Source: a virus (Duplodnaviria > Caudoviricetes). From it: a stretch of 63,405 bases of DNA. This document shows positions 19,487 through 29,674 of this stretch, piece by piece. The stretch is from the IMG/VR virus record IMGVR_UViG_3300032893_000043, positions 1-63,405 of that record; one strand, 5' to 3'. The position numbers and the translations under genes are program-made. The notes below the pieces were generated by a model. That model did no database searches. It saw only the letters and a list, made by a program, of their open reading frames with translations, and was not told the DNA's origin. The first letter of the stretch is position 1, and each line of letters starts with the position of its first letter.

Positions 19487-19695
19487 GATTGCTGCCGATC
19501 GCGCTTCTGCTGGGCGCGACGCCGGTTGCTGCGCAAGATCGTATTCAAGGCGCGGTGGATCCTCAGATCGTAATTTATCGACAGCTGCTGGATCAAGCCA
19601 ACGCCAATCTCGTCGCGGTCGCGGCGCAGCTCACTCAGACGCAAGCGCGCATCAAAGAATTGGAAGACAAGTGCGGAGATAAGTGCAAAAAGTAA
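19474..19695 (+). CDS. Small secreted coiled-coil protein
   Basis: Signal peptide plus coiled coil ending in CGDKC. Confidence 0.55.
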   Translation: MQQLRLLPIALLLGATPVAAQDRIQGAVDPQIVIYRQLLDQANANLVAVAAQLTQTQARIKELEDKCGDKCKK

Positions 19696-19715
19696 ATTAA
19701 CCGAGGAGAACTGAC

Positions 19716-20201
19716 ATGCGTTGCGGCATCATCGCATTTCTGGTTGTGACTTTCATCGGGACGTGCGGCGCACAGGCGCATGCCCGCTATCATCACGGCT
19801 ATCATCATAGTTATCATCACCGGCAGCACACCCACGTCATCCGCGTTGCTAATATGGCGCACGGTTTGGGCTACGGCCTCAAACACATGCTGGAAAGCAT
19901 GGAGCCGCATCCGGCTGGTTGTCCGGCGACGGCTTTTTGTGGCTGCGGCGTAAGTGTGCGCGTATTTGGACATTCGATTCGTGATTTGTGGCTGGCCGCG
20001 AATTGGTTTCGGTTTCCTCGTACCACGCCTCATGCTGGTGCTGTAGCTGTGCGCGCGCACCACGTCTTTTACATCGAGGAAGCGTATGGAGACGGTACTG
20101 TGCTGGCATACGACCCGAACAGCGGCGGGCACTTGACTCGCCGACACCGCGTTTCGCTGGCGGGATATACCATCGTAGAACCTCGTGGCGCGAGTATGTG
20201 A
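19716..20201 (+). CDS. Secreted CHAP/NlpC-like protein
   Basis: GAGGAG RBS; signal peptide, His-rich linker, FCGC...LAANW...VAVRAHHVF...DPNSGG motif. Confidence 0.6.
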   Translation: MRCGIIAFLVVTFIGTCGAQAHARYHHGYHHSYHHRQHTHVIRVANMAHGLGYGLKHMLESMEPHPAGCPATAFCGCGVSVRVFGHSIRDLWLAANWFRFPRTTPHAGAVAVRAHHVFYIEEAYGDGTVLAYDPNSGGHLTRRHRVSLAGYTIVEPRGASM

Positions 20202-20363
20202 TGATCGGCGCGTGGTTTTGCCCCAAGCATTCGCACACGCTTTTGGAGAATTACGCGTGCGAGCCGGAATACAACCGCAAATGGGGCAGGACCGGATCGA
20301 GGAAATTGCGTAAACCGAAATGCCCGCGCTGCGTTGCCAAGAGCAAAATGAGGAGGGTGCGTC

Positions 20364-21029
20364 ATGACAGACATGCTCACAGCCTTGCAGAAATTGTGGC
20401 CTCGCGGTGATCAGCATGTTCCAGGTTTGATTGAAGGGATCGCCGCCGCGGCTCCTACTGTCTTTCCAAAATACTTTCCGACCTCGACCGAGCTCGTCAC
20501 GGCGATCTTCATGGCGCAGTGCAGTGAAGAATGCGCGGCCGGTCTGGAAATGTCGGAAAACATGAACTACACGGCACAACGGCTGCTGCAAGTTTTTCCG
20601 TCGCATTTCACGCCAAGTCTTGCGGCGCGCGCCGCGCACAACCCGCAGATGATCGCCGAGATCGCTTACGGCGGGCGCATGGGCAACAAGCCGCCGCCGT
20701 CGACCGATGGCTGGATTTACCGCGGCCAGGGTTTGACGAATTGCACCGGACACGACGGGTTCGCGGCACTCCAGGCGTGGCTCGACAAGGAAGGGATCGC
20801 GCTCGATCTGATGAGCAACCCCCAGCTGATCTGTGCTCCTGAGCACGCACTTCTATGCGGTGTTGGCGATTTCATTCTCTGCGGCTGTTTGCCCTACGCC
20901 GAGAAGAATGAGGTTGTGAACGTATCGGCTATGCTGAACGTTGGCCATATCGTTCCTGCCAGCAGGATCAACGGTTTGGCTGATCGCGAGCATTGGACGG
21001 CTCTCTGGAAGCGTGAGCTCGGAATTTGA
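20364..21029 (+). CDS. Endolysin, glycoside hydrolase family 19-like
   Basis: FMAQCSEE, ENMNYT, AYGGRMGN, DGWIYRGQG and INGLADR motifs. Confidence 0.85.
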   Translation: MTDMLTALQKLWPRGDQHVPGLIEGIAAAAPTVFPKYFPTSTELVTAIFMAQCSEECAAGLEMSENMNYTAQRLLQVFPSHFTPSLAARAAHNPQMIAEIAYGGRMGNKPPPSTDGWIYRGQGLTNCTGHDGFAALQAWLDKEGIALDLMSNPQLICAPEHALLCGVGDFILCGCLPYAEKNEVVNVSAMLNVGHIVPASRINGLADREHWTALWKRELGI

Positions 21030-21068
21030 TGGGTTGCTAACTCCCGCCACAATTGCTAGGGTTGCATC

Positions 21069-21653
21069 ATGACCAAGCAGGTTCACGGCTTCGAGATCTA
21101 CGGAATGTGGGGGCCTGTGACGGATCCCGGCGCGCGCGCCATGACGCAGCGAATGGGTGCCGAATTGCCGGGCATCAATATGCACGACAGCCCGTACCGC
21201 GATTACTACGTTAACGAAATCTGCGGGATCATCCGCGAATTGCCTGCCGATGCGATCATCCTCGTGTGCGGCACGTCGCTCGGTGCAAACAACACGCCGG
21301 TTGTCGGGGCTTACGCCTATCTGAACAATCATTCGCGCATTATCCACGGTCTCTGGGGCTTCCAAGCTTCGATCTGGGGAGCGCAAGCCGGTCAGAGCGA
21401 GTATTATCCCGGCATCACAAAAAACGTTCAGTACGCGCACCTGATCAGTTCGGACTTTCCGCTCAATGCCGGACTTGGTGCTTATCGATGGGTACTGGCG
21501 CCGGGCAATACAATCACGAACGGCGGGCATTTTGGTCCAGGCAATGGTTTAACCACGCACAACTATCCGCATCCCGGCGACGGCGTCGTTGCCGACCAAG
21601 ACATGTTTCTGTCGGAAATGAAACGAGTCATAGCGAGCGAGCAAAATGCCTAG
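21069..21653 (+). CDS. Alpha/beta-hydrolase-like protein
   Basis: GTSLGA nucleophile elbow and a C-terminal His. Confidence 0.5.
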   Translation: MTKQVHGFEIYGMWGPVTDPGARAMTQRMGAELPGINMHDSPYRDYYVNEICGIIRELPADAIILVCGTSLGANNTPVVGAYAYLNNHSRIIHGLWGFQASIWGAQAGQSEYYPGITKNVQYAHLISSDFPLNAGLGAYRWVLAPGNTITNGGHFGPGNGLTTHNYPHPGDGVVADQDMFLSEMKRVIASEQNA

Positions 21654-21906
21654 ATTTACAATCGATCCCAGATGGGCAACGTTTATGGTCATTGCCATTG
21701 CTCTCGGCAACTTTCTTGCGGGAGCGACGGCGCAGTGGACCGATCTTGGGCTTACTGCGGATCAGATCAAGCACGGCGTTGCTGCTTGGAATCTTGGCGG
21801 TGGTGCACTTGGCATAATCGCCGGTTTTCTTGCCGGCGTGCCGTCGAAAGACAGCCAAACCGGATTTATCATCAAAGCGCCGCCTAAACCGCCAGGTGCA
21901 GCATGA
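21646..21906 (+). CDS. Holin candidate
   Basis: 86 aa with two TM segments, next to the endolysin. Confidence 0.5.
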   Translation: MPRFTIDPRWATFMVIAIALGNFLAGATAQWTDLGLTADQIKHGVAAWNLGGGALGIIAGFLAGVPSKDSQTGFIIKAPPKPPGAA

Positions 21907-22121
21907 ATTTTTTTGATCTTATCGGGCTCGCTTCCAAGATCCCTTACGAGTTGATTCAGAAGCTGCAAGGCGATGCCCCGAAATTCGAACGCCTGCTGGA
22001 GCTTGAAAAGCAGGCCGCCCCTCACGTCGAAGCTCTCATGCCGATCGTCAAGGAAGGCGAGAGTATCGTCAATTCGATCAGTCCCGACGTCCTCGCTCTC
22101 CTCAAAACACTAGGAACCTGA
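21903..22121 (+). CDS. Hypothetical lysis-module protein
   Basis: 72 aa, coupled. Confidence 0.55.
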   Translation: MNFFDLIGLASKIPYELIQKLQGDAPKFERLLELEKQAAPHVEALMPIVKEGESIVNSISPDVLALLKTLGT

Positions 22122-22122
22122 C

Positions 22123-22509
22123 ATGAAAAAGCTTTTGCCGCTTTTCATTGTTTTGGCGCTCGGCGGTTGCGCCGAGTTTCAAAAAATCTATGGCGTTGTG
22201 ACCGGCACGACCGTTACGCCCCAGCAGGCCGTCGTCGCGATCAATGCTTTTGACGCGGTTGAACAATCAGGGACGAATTATCTCCGGCTCCCGACCTGTG
22301 GCCCGAATGTCTCGAAACTCTGCAAAACGCAGGCCGGCGTCGTTGCGGTGGTCAAGGCAATTCGCACAGCACGCGTGGCGCGTAACCAGCTTCAGGCAGC
22401 GGTGACGGGTTCCAACGGTGCCCCGATCAGCGCATCGCTTCTGCAGGCGTTGCAGTCGCAATACGTCACCATCCAAGCCCTCTATGCCAACTACGGGATA
22501 GGTCAATAG
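22123..22509 (+). CDS. Lipoprotein (spanin-like candidate)
   Basis: MKKLL...LGGC lipobox. Confidence 0.65.
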   Translation: MKKLLPLFIVLALGGCAEFQKIYGVVTGTTVTPQQAVVAINAFDAVEQSGTNYLRLPTCGPNVSKLCKTQAGVVAVVKAIRTARVARNQLQAAVTGSNGAPISASLLQALQSQYVTIQALYANYGIGQ

Positions 22510-22511
22510 CC

Positions 22512-22808
22512 ATGTCCATCGCATCAATCCTTGCTTTTCTCGGGCAGATCATCAGCCAGATTACCGGATCGTCATCGGCAATCAGCTCGACAATTTCGCT
22601 GCTGACGCAGATCATCGGGCTGATTGATACGGAGATCACCACGCTGGCGCCCGAGATCAAGAACATCATCGCGGCGCTGTCCAACAGCAGCACCGTGACC
22701 GCCGACCAGCTGGCGCAGCTCTCGGCTCTCAACGCGCAGGTCGACGCAGCTTTCGATGCCGCGGCAGCGGATGCAGGCGTTCCTCCCGACACTACGGCTG
22801 GCAGCTAA
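22512..22808 (+). CDS. Hypothetical lysis-module protein
   Basis: 98 aa amphipathic helices following the lipoprotein. Confidence 0.55.
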   Translation: MSIASILAFLGQIISQITGSSSAISSTISLLTQIIGLIDTEITTLAPEIKNIIAALSNSSTVTADQLAQLSALNAQVDAAFDAAAADAGVPPDTTAGS

Positions 22809-22874
22809 AACCACGCAAGGGACCGCCCGGAACGTAAAAGCGCGCCAGGGGTTTTACTAACCAGTTGCGGTCTC

Positions 22875-23072
22875 ATGAAGCTCGAAGATTTCGAACCAAG
22901 AGTTCCGACCGCAAGAGATGGACAGAAACTCGATTTTCTTTGGGCAAAGCACATTTTCATTGAAGCCCAGAAAGGCGCGTGGGCATTTTGGATAAAAATC
23001 GGATCTTCGGGGCTGGTAGGTTTGGCGGCAGCAGTGTCGCTGTGGACGATCACGCATGGAACGGGGAAATGA
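22875..23072 (+). CDS. Small membrane protein
   Basis: 65 aa with a C-terminal TM segment. Confidence 0.45.
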   Translation: MKLEDFEPRVPTARDGQKLDFLWAKHIFIEAQKGAWAFWIKIGSSGLVGLAAAVSLWTITHGTGK

Positions 23073-23584
23073 AAACAACCCCGGTTGAAATCCCGTTTAC
23101 CGGAATCAAGATGGCAGCCTGCCACGGCATACCAATGATCGTCGTTGGTACGGTTGTAGCTGTGCTCGGATTTCTGATTTTGGCAACGGCCAGCCGCCTT
23201 GTCCCGCCGGTAACGCTCACGGCAATCTGGCTTGAGCCGCACCAAATCACGTCGGCTGAAATCAGAGCTCAGATCCCGGTCATGATGTCCAAAACAGGTT
23301 CGTGGGCGAGGCTCTGCCCGAGCTACGCAGTCGAGACATTTTTTGACGAGCGCGGTAACCGGCTATTGCAAAGCGACGAGCACCGGATCGATGTACCGAA
23401 CGTCACCGGACCAATATCGCACACGCCGCGTCCGGTACTGATCCCGTCGCTTCTTGCCGGCACGCCGGGACGCTACAAGCTGCATCTTGATGATTACTCG
23501 GCATGTTGGCCTTGGGAGAATTGGTGGCCGATATACAGCAGCTCGGTCGAAGCGCCGTTTGAGATTGTTGGTGATGAGCGCTAA
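23069..23584 (+). CDS. Membrane-anchored protein
   Basis: ATGA overlap; N-terminal TM segment and a Cys pair. Confidence 0.55.
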   Translation: MKTTPVEIPFTGIKMAACHGIPMIVVGTVVAVLGFLILATASRLVPPVTLTAIWLEPHQITSAEIRAQIPVMMSKTGSWARLCPSYAVETFFDERGNRLLQSDEHRIDVPNVTGPISHTPRPVLIPSLLAGTPGRYKLHLDDYSACWPWENWWPIYSSSVEAPFEIVGDER

Positions 23585-23586
23585 TT

Positions 23587-23700
23587 AGGCAAGAGTGGGG
23601 ACCTTCCATCCCCTGGGCGGACTTCGCCACGCGGCTATCCGCTCTAGTGGCCCGATCGTAACCGGACCAAACTCACAAATCTCTTGAGAGTGGGTTGCCT
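23587..23700 (-). ncRNA. Candidate structured RNA (multi-branch) at the convergence of the two arms
   Basis: Closing stem AGGCAA/TTGCCT encloses four hairpins, one with a UACG tetraloop; G-U pairs form only on the minus strand. Confidence 0.4.
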
Positions 23701-24014
23701 TAATCGGCAACTGCTGCCGGGAAGCGATATCCCGTCTCGCGATTTCTAGCCTGCTTATCCCACCATATACGTATGGAGCCATTTTTCTTCACGACCTCGA
23801 TCAGATCGTCCAGCGGACGACCGCCACCGGCCGTCTGCATGGCCTCCAGCACCTTTATATCTTCGCGCCGTATAGTGATCGGGAAGTCGCCAAAATATCC
23901 CTCAAGGGCAACAAGGGACTTCTTATCATAGCAGAAGTTGATAAATTTTGCGGGCGTTTCTGGCTCCCAAAATAGGGCAAGTCCCTTATCAACGTAATCG
24001 CCAGCATGTCCCAT
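23700..24014 (-). CDS. Hypothetical protein
   Basis: 104 aa with GAGGAG RBS. Confidence 0.55.
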   Translation of the reverse strand: MGHAGDYVDKGLALFWEPETPAKFINFCYDKKSLVALEGYFGDFPITIRREDIKVLEAMQTAGGGRPLDDLIEVVKKNGSIRIWWDKQARNRETGYRFPAAVAD

Positions 24015-24015
24015 T

Positions 24016-24267
24016 TCATTTCTCCTCTGTTAATTGCCCAAGAGTAAGTCTCGCAATCTCATACATTTTCCAAACAAGCTCAGTCGTAGGTTCTGGGTTC
24101 TCCCACCCCGGGGCGTCAACGTAGGCCCGTTTAATGGCTTCTAGCCCGGCACGTAGTCGTGCCACCTCGCTTTCGAGGTATTTAATCTGATTTTCGTTTG
24201 TCGCGATCCTAGCGCGGTAGGCTACCGCTGCCTCTAGGCCTGGCGTGAAATCAGTATCTATAGGCAC
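24016..24267 (-). CDS. Hypothetical coiled-coil protein
   Basis: 83 aa with GGGG RBS. Confidence 0.5.
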   Translation of the reverse strand: MPIDTDFTPGLEAAVAYRARIATNENQIKYLESEVARLRAGLEAIKRAYVDAPGWENPEPTTELVWKMYEIARLTLGQLTEEK

Positions 24268-25243
24268 ATCGTTTCCCCTTCAAAGTGAGAGAAAATATCT
24301 GCTCGTATGTAGTCGGCAATTCCGGCCGAAGCCATGGACATGGACACATTTCAAAGTCACCTGTTAATCGCTTAAGAGCGGCGGCGCTTGCGCGGACTGC
24401 AGTCGCGGATATAGAGCGGGATCAGTCCAAACAAATACCAGCCCTCCATTGGCCACTCGCGCAAACCACCCGCGGCAGTCTGTAGCCATTTCCTCTTGAT
24501 TATCATTTGTACCCCGCTCGCTGCTCATCAACCACCTTAACGCGCGACCAGTCGATAACAAATCGGCTTCGGGTGCGACGCGCCTTTCGGTTGTCGGCCT
24601 CTAAGAGCATCTCTAGTTCTTCCTGCGTGACGGCTATCATGACGTTAACACTTTCCGGACGCGGCGAAGATCTCCGAGCGTGATGTCATATTCCATGCCG
24701 CCTTCGCAGTGCTCGATAATCATCGGATCGCCGTCATGCTCTGGTCCCCACACGTCATGTTCGATTGCCGGCTTCTTGAATGGCTCAAGCGCAGCACGGA
24801 GCAATTCCGTGGTTTTGGCGGCCTCTCGTAATTTCTCGATTTCGGTAAGCGCGTCCCGCAGCTCCCTCTCGTAGGCTGTGGGGCGATCGTTTATGATCCG
24901 CTGTAACCGATCCGCGATGTCTGTCATGTTCTCCGCTCTCTGACGCTTAGTCATTTCAAATCTAGAATATGTCTCGCTCAGCAGCCCCACAGAACAGGCA
25001 TTTGTTCCGAAACGGATCGTCACCGTCCACGAACACACAGCACAGATCGGCAGGCGCTTTCCGGCAATAGATATTGCTAAGCTTGATTTGGCTCGGGGAT
25101 ACCTTTTTCCATGCGGCAAGGCCCGCCATGAGTCGCTTATGGGCGTCGTTTTCTTCTTCGGCTATCTGTTCCTTTTTCCACCGGATCGCCCTACGGTTTA
25201 TCGCAAGTTCTTTGATGTCCAACGGCACCATATGCTTAACTCC

Positions 25244-25453
25244 CTATTTGTCATTTGCTGGCTGCGGGGTGATCTTGTTCAGCAGCCCTTGCGCATAGGT
25301 GATTGCGGTTCCGAGATTGCGCTGGATTTCGGTTTCATCCGAAAATTCCGGGCCGCGCTCACCGAATATTTCCGCGAAACGCTTCTCGTCTTGACGCCAG
25401 CGCGCGAGCATGGCCCGGAGCGTTCGTCTTTTCAGCGGATTGCCCATCACCAA
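25244..25453 (-). CDS. Hypothetical protein
   Basis: 69 aa in a run of small leftward genes. Confidence 0.4.
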   Translation of the reverse strand: MVMGNPLKRRTLRAMLARWRQDEKRFAEIFGERGPEFSDETEIQRNLGTAITYAQGLLNKITPQPANDK

Positions 25454-25827
25454 AGTCCTATCGCCGCGTTAGTGGGTGTTCTCAAAATTGGTTTCACGCT
25501 TGATCGAGTTCACCACCTGAATGACGGCAAAAATTAGCAGTGGCACAGCAAGTCCGAAGGTAATGACGGAAAGCACCGCCCATCGTTTTAGATCGTCGAG
25601 TTCTTGTTCGCGGACGGGATAGACCTTCACTGGCCGATCTCCGTATGCCGTCAGCATTAGCGTTCCCATCTGGTTCTCTCTGTTAACGGCGCAAAAGTGC
25701 GATCAATTCCAACCCAGTCTTGCGCATCGGCGCGGGCAACGGTCCCGGATTCATTTTGACGCTAGTGAGCCACAACAACGCGTACTCCCGCAACTCCTCT
25801 TGCGACAAGCTATCTAGCGTTCGACGC

Positions 25828-26115
25828 TCAGTCGAGACTGGCTGATCGTAAAGCATCAAGATGTTCGATCCGTTTTGCCCGCGTCATGCGCGGCACCGGC
25901 AAACCGCGCTTGCGCTTCAACAATTTTTCCAACCTGACTAGCTGCGCCTCGACAAACGCGACGTCGAGCTGCGCGCCACCAAGATCGTGGTCGCCGCTGA
26001 TCCAGCCTCGAACGGTCGGATCCGGCCTATCGAACCAGCGGGCGAGGTCGGCACCCGTTAGGTTGCCGTCCCGCATGATAGCCTGGAGCCGGTGCGAAAA
26101 AGAGCCGTTCTTCAT
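25828..26115 (-). CDS. HTH transcriptional regulator
   Basis: LTGADLARWFDRPDPTVRGW helix-turn-helix. Confidence 0.7.
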   Translation of the reverse strand: MKNGSFSHRLQAIMRDGNLTGADLARWFDRPDPTVRGWISGDHDLGGAQLDVAFVEAQLVRLEKLLKRKRGLPVPRMTRAKRIEHLDALRSASLD

Positions 26116-26118
26116 CGC

Positions 26119-27240
26119 CTACTTCCCGAACAGGTTATCGAGCATGTTTGTGACCTCGGCGTTCGGCGGCACGCCAGGCGCCATGCCGAAGGTCTGGGCC
26201 GGGCTGTTGGGCTGAGCGGACGGCTGGGTAAACGTCGGCTGTGGCGCGACCTGAGGCTGCGGTTCCATGAAAGGAGCTTGCAGCTGTTGCGGCTGCGCCG
26301 GAGGTGCCGCGGCAGCCGTATTGCGACGCCGGCCGCGCCCGCCAGGGGCGGAACTAGAAGGGGATGCGGTCGCAGGCGTCGCAGTAGGTGGCGCGGCCGG
26401 CGGCGTCGGTTGGGAGGCCGCAGGCTGGGCACCAAAAAGCTGCTGTGGTGTGGTCTGCGGCGGTATAAACCCCACCGGCTGTGTCTGGGGCGGCGTCTGT
26501 GGCGCCGGCAGCATGCCCTGGATCGGCACATCGAGGCGTCCGATCATCGCATCCGTCGCCTTGGCGGCATAAAGCTTGTCGCTCAGCGCGATCATCTGCT
26601 GCGGCGGCCAGCCGGACGGGATGAAAACCAGCGTGCCCTGACTGACGAACGACAGACGCGTCAGCACGGTGTCCATGTCAAAATCCCGACCGCGGAACTG
26701 CTCGGCATAGGCCCGGTAATTCTTCAGGCTGTTCGGCGGAATACGCAACAGGAACGGCATGTCGTGACCAGCGACCAGCACCGCGACGAGCTGGTACTGC
26801 GCACAGGCCGGAATGCCCTTGCCGCTGACGTTGGACGTCGCCGAGCCCCACGCGGCGTTCGGGCAAGCAGCACAGGTTGGCGACTGCGGCGACGACGCGA
26901 GCTTCGACGGCCCGACGCCATTATGCGAGAAGCAAGCTGGCGGCTGATATGACTGCGCAGTCGGGTCGTAATCCTGATCGTAAAAAATACGCGAAACGTG
27001 ATTGTTCACGTCGATGATCACGATGTCGGCGTAAGGGCCAGGCGCTTGGCCGCGCAAGAGCTTGTTGGGATCCATCTCGTAGGTCGGGATGATCTGCTCG
27101 TTGCCGGCAGCATCGACCAGGGTGAAACGGTTGTCTTTAAGTGACAAATACGGCGGGCTCGACGTGCCGAGGTTCTGACTGACGCGCTCGGCAAGGCCGC
27201 GAGACTGGCGATTCTGCAGATAGTCGGGAAGTTGATTCAC
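26119..27240 (-). CDS. Putative ssDNA-binding/annealing protein
   Basis: CxSxNG..PQS..CAACPN..GS..G..AC motif with a Pro/Gln-rich tail; replication module; AGGAG RBS. Confidence 0.5.
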   Translation of the reverse strand: MNQLPDYLQNRQSRGLAERVSQNLGTSSPPYLSLKDNRFTLVDAAGNEQIIPTYEMDPNKLLRGQAPGPYADIVIIDVNNHVSRIFYDQDYDPTAQSYQPPACFSHNGVGPSKLASSPQSPTCAACPNAAWGSATSNVSGKGIPACAQYQLVAVLVAGHDMPFLLRIPPNSLKNYRAYAEQFRGRDFDMDTVLTRLSFVSQGTLVFIPSGWPPQQMIALSDKLYAAKATDAMIGRLDVPIQGMLPAPQTPPQTQPVGFIPPQTTPQQLFGAQPAASQPTPPAAPPTATPATASPSSSAPGGRGRRRNTAAAAPPAQPQQLQAPFMEPQPQVAPQPTFTQPSAQPNSPAQTFGMAPGVPPNAEVTNMLDNLFGK

Positions 27241-27255
27241 TTGATTCTCTCCTGG

Positions 27256-27738
27256 TTAAGATCGACGCACATTTATTCGGGTGAAGAATGAAATTGTGAC
27301 GCCAGGCGGCGGCTTGCCCTCGTGGCTCTCGATATATTTTTTGACTGCATCTTTCTGCGGCGAGATGAGCAGTAGATCGTTACCGATGTCATCCCAATGG
27401 TCGAGCGCGAAATCAAGCAAAGCTTCGCGGCCGATCGACGTGCCTTTGTCCGTCTCATAAGGCAGCCCTTCCGGAGACACTGACACATTGAGCAACGTCG
27501 AGCGATAAGCTGTGCCGGCGTCGGTTCTGATGTTCTCCCACTTCTGAAGATTCGACAAAGCCAAGAGTTCGTTGCCGATCGCTTCCAGGCGCTCCTTGTG
27601 CGGCTTCATGAACTCACCGAAGCGCTTGGTCTCGGCTTTGATAAAATCGTCGAGCTTGTTATGTTCCTCGATCAGCTGCTCGGCGGTACGTTCGACCTTG
27701 ACGGGCTCGACAGGAACTGTTTGTTTTTTACGAGGCAC
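27256..27738 (-). CDS. Conserved phage replication-module protein
   Basis: GTG start after GGAG; IRTDAGTAY and PPPGV motifs. Confidence 0.6.
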   Translation of the reverse strand: MPRKKQTVPVEPVKVERTAEQLIEEHNKLDDFIKAETKRFGEFMKPHKERLEAIGNELLALSNLQKWENIRTDAGTAYRSTLLNVSVSPEGLPYETDKGTSIGREALLDFALDHWDDIGNDLLLISPQKDAVKKYIESHEGKPPPGVTISFFTRINVRRS

Positions 27739-27787
27739 GAGCAAATTCTCCGAAATATTTTTTGCCACTGATCTGGAATTGGACGTT

Positions 27788-29383
27788 TCATATATCCCCC
27801 CGCTGGATTGCTTGTAACAGCGCGCCTTGCATCGAGGTGTTGGTCTCAAGTCGTCGGTACATTTCTTTCTCAAGCGGGTTGGACTGAACCTGCCAAACCG
27901 TTACCGGATTTTTTTGTCCTGGGCGATACACGCGCGCATTTCCTTGAATCCATAACCGCGTCTTGTCAACCGGAGCGGCGTGAATTACCGTATCTGCCAC
28001 GACGAACTCATTAATGCCGTGCGCAACTGACTGCGGGTCAAGTATCATGAGTTTGAAATCGTCCTCGCTCTCGAATGCCCGGATGATCTCTGGCCGATCT
28101 TTAACTTTCACATGGCCGTTGATGTAGCCGCACCGCCATTTCTTGTTAAATCGCTTATATAGTAAGTTTACGACACTTGTCAACCCCGCGAATATGACGA
28201 CTTTCCGGGGGGTGCCACCGATCAATTTTTCAAACATTTGCCAGCGCGGCGTAGCGTCGATCTCATGTACCAAATGCTCGTCATCGTAGACCGCTCCAAG
28301 CGACAGTTGTAGAAACTTGTTACGCGCGGAAGCCTCGTTGACGGCTGATATTTTTTTGCCGCTACGCATCGTGATTTGCATCGTGCGCTTAAGCAGCGCC
28401 ATCTGCTTTTTTTGATCTTCAGTCAACTCGACAACAGCCGGCAAAATTTGAATCCCCGGCGCGTCTTTCCAAGTTTCTGCGAGAGAAAAACGAACCACAG
28501 GAACGAGAAGCCGCCGCGCAAGGTCGTAGCCTTCCTTTTTCGGTATCCACTTGAAATTTGTCACTTGAATCATCGTCTCGCGCCGGAAACCGGTGAAGCT
28601 CTTACCCATGGCGTTGTTGACGAGTTTTGCCAAGCCGTAAGCATCGGTTGGTACTTGCGCTACAGGTGTCCCGGATAATTCCCAAAGATAAGGACGTTTG
28701 TTAAAAATTAGCTGCGCAATGCGATGCCGCTTGGTACTAGCGTCGATATAGGCATCGGCTTCGTCAGCAATGATGATTTTAATGCCATCATCCTCGTAAA
28801 GCGCTTTAGAGAAACCGTCGAGTGACAGACCTTTTCGTGTGTGAGCCCCGACACCAAGACCGTCCTGATTGATGATCGAGAAGTCAGCTTTTTTGTTGAG
28901 AAGATTGATTCGCTTCTCAGCCGAACCATGAAGTATTTCGAATGACCGATGCCCGAGGAAACTCGAAAAAATATTTTTTGCCCACACGACCTCCAGAACG
29001 TTGAGCGGTGCGACGATAAGCGCCCGGTAACCGGGAAACGTTCGCATTAGCCATTCGGCGGCCCACAGAGCTGGTAAAGTCTTTTTGGTGCCGGCGTCAG
29101 ATAGGTTGAAACATCGCGGGTGCATGACCTGGAAATTGGTCATTACCTTTTGATGCCATTCCGGCGTCTTACCTGGCTCGATCGGCCAATCGTAATTGGC
29201 GTCGGTGATAATAGGCATCACCGGATAATTCAACCAACGCAAGACCTGACTGTTTCGCAGCGTGCGCGGCACCGCGACGTAATTGCCGTTGAGCTGTTTG
29301 GCCTCGGGGATGTGCTGCAGGACCAACGACGACGGCTGGTCGTAAATCAGAAGGTTGCGCGGCTGGTCGTAGAAAAAGTTCAT
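27788..29383 (-). CDS. SNF2-like superfamily 2 helicase
   Basis: DAGTKKT (variant Walker A), LIVAP, IIADEA, LSGTP and HGIN..QGNARVYRPGQ motifs. Confidence 0.85.
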   Translation of the reverse strand: MNFFYDQPRNLLIYDQPSSLVLQHIPEAKQLNGNYVAVPRTLRNSQVLRWLNYPVMPIITDANYDWPIEPGKTPEWHQKVMTNFQVMHPRCFNLSDAGTKKTLPALWAAEWLMRTFPGYRALIVAPLNVLEVVWAKNIFSSFLGHRSFEILHGSAEKRINLLNKKADFSIINQDGLGVGAHTRKGLSLDGFSKALYEDDGIKIIIADEADAYIDASTKRHRIAQLIFNKRPYLWELSGTPVAQVPTDAYGLAKLVNNAMGKSFTGFRRETMIQVTNFKWIPKKEGYDLARRLLVPVVRFSLAETWKDAPGIQILPAVVELTEDQKKQMALLKRTMQITMRSGKKISAVNEASARNKFLQLSLGAVYDDEHLVHEIDATPRWQMFEKLIGGTPRKVVIFAGLTSVVNLLYKRFNKKWRCGYINGHVKVKDRPEIIRAFESEDDFKLMILDPQSVAHGINEFVVADTVIHAAPVDKTRLWIQGNARVYRPGQKNPVTVWQVQSNPLEKEMYRRLETNTSMQGALLQAIQRGDI

Positions 29384-29449
29384 GGGAACTAAAAAACCCC
29401 TCGCGCGTTATCGCACTAGCCCGCTATCAGGTGGGCAGCGAGGCGTCCC

Positions 29450-29674
29450 ATGACCGGCCTAGTCGTCCAAATCATCATAGCCCTGCTTGTCGCCGGCTTC
29501 CTGTTCTGGGCTGCACGCCAGCTGCTCGGGCTCATTCCCCTCGAACCGATTTTCACCCAAGCGATCAACGTGCTGCTAATCATCGTGGTCGTCGCTATTA
29601 TCCTGTTTTACGTCGTCATCCCGGTGCTGCACGTCCTGGCCGGCGTCACCGTGAACATCGGCGGGATACACTAA
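29450..29674 (+). CDS. Small two-TM membrane protein (moron-like, opposite strand)
   Basis: 74 aa highly hydrophobic, GAGG RBS. Confidence 0.65.
   Translation: MTGLVVQIIIALLVAGFLFWAARQLLGLIPLEPIFTQAINVLLIIVVVAIILFYVVIPVLHVLAGVTVNIGGIH

Noticed and set aside
23587-23700. tRNA gene
   Set aside because: No T-loop consensus, anticodon arm geometry or CCA end; no tRNA was recognised elsewhere by eye
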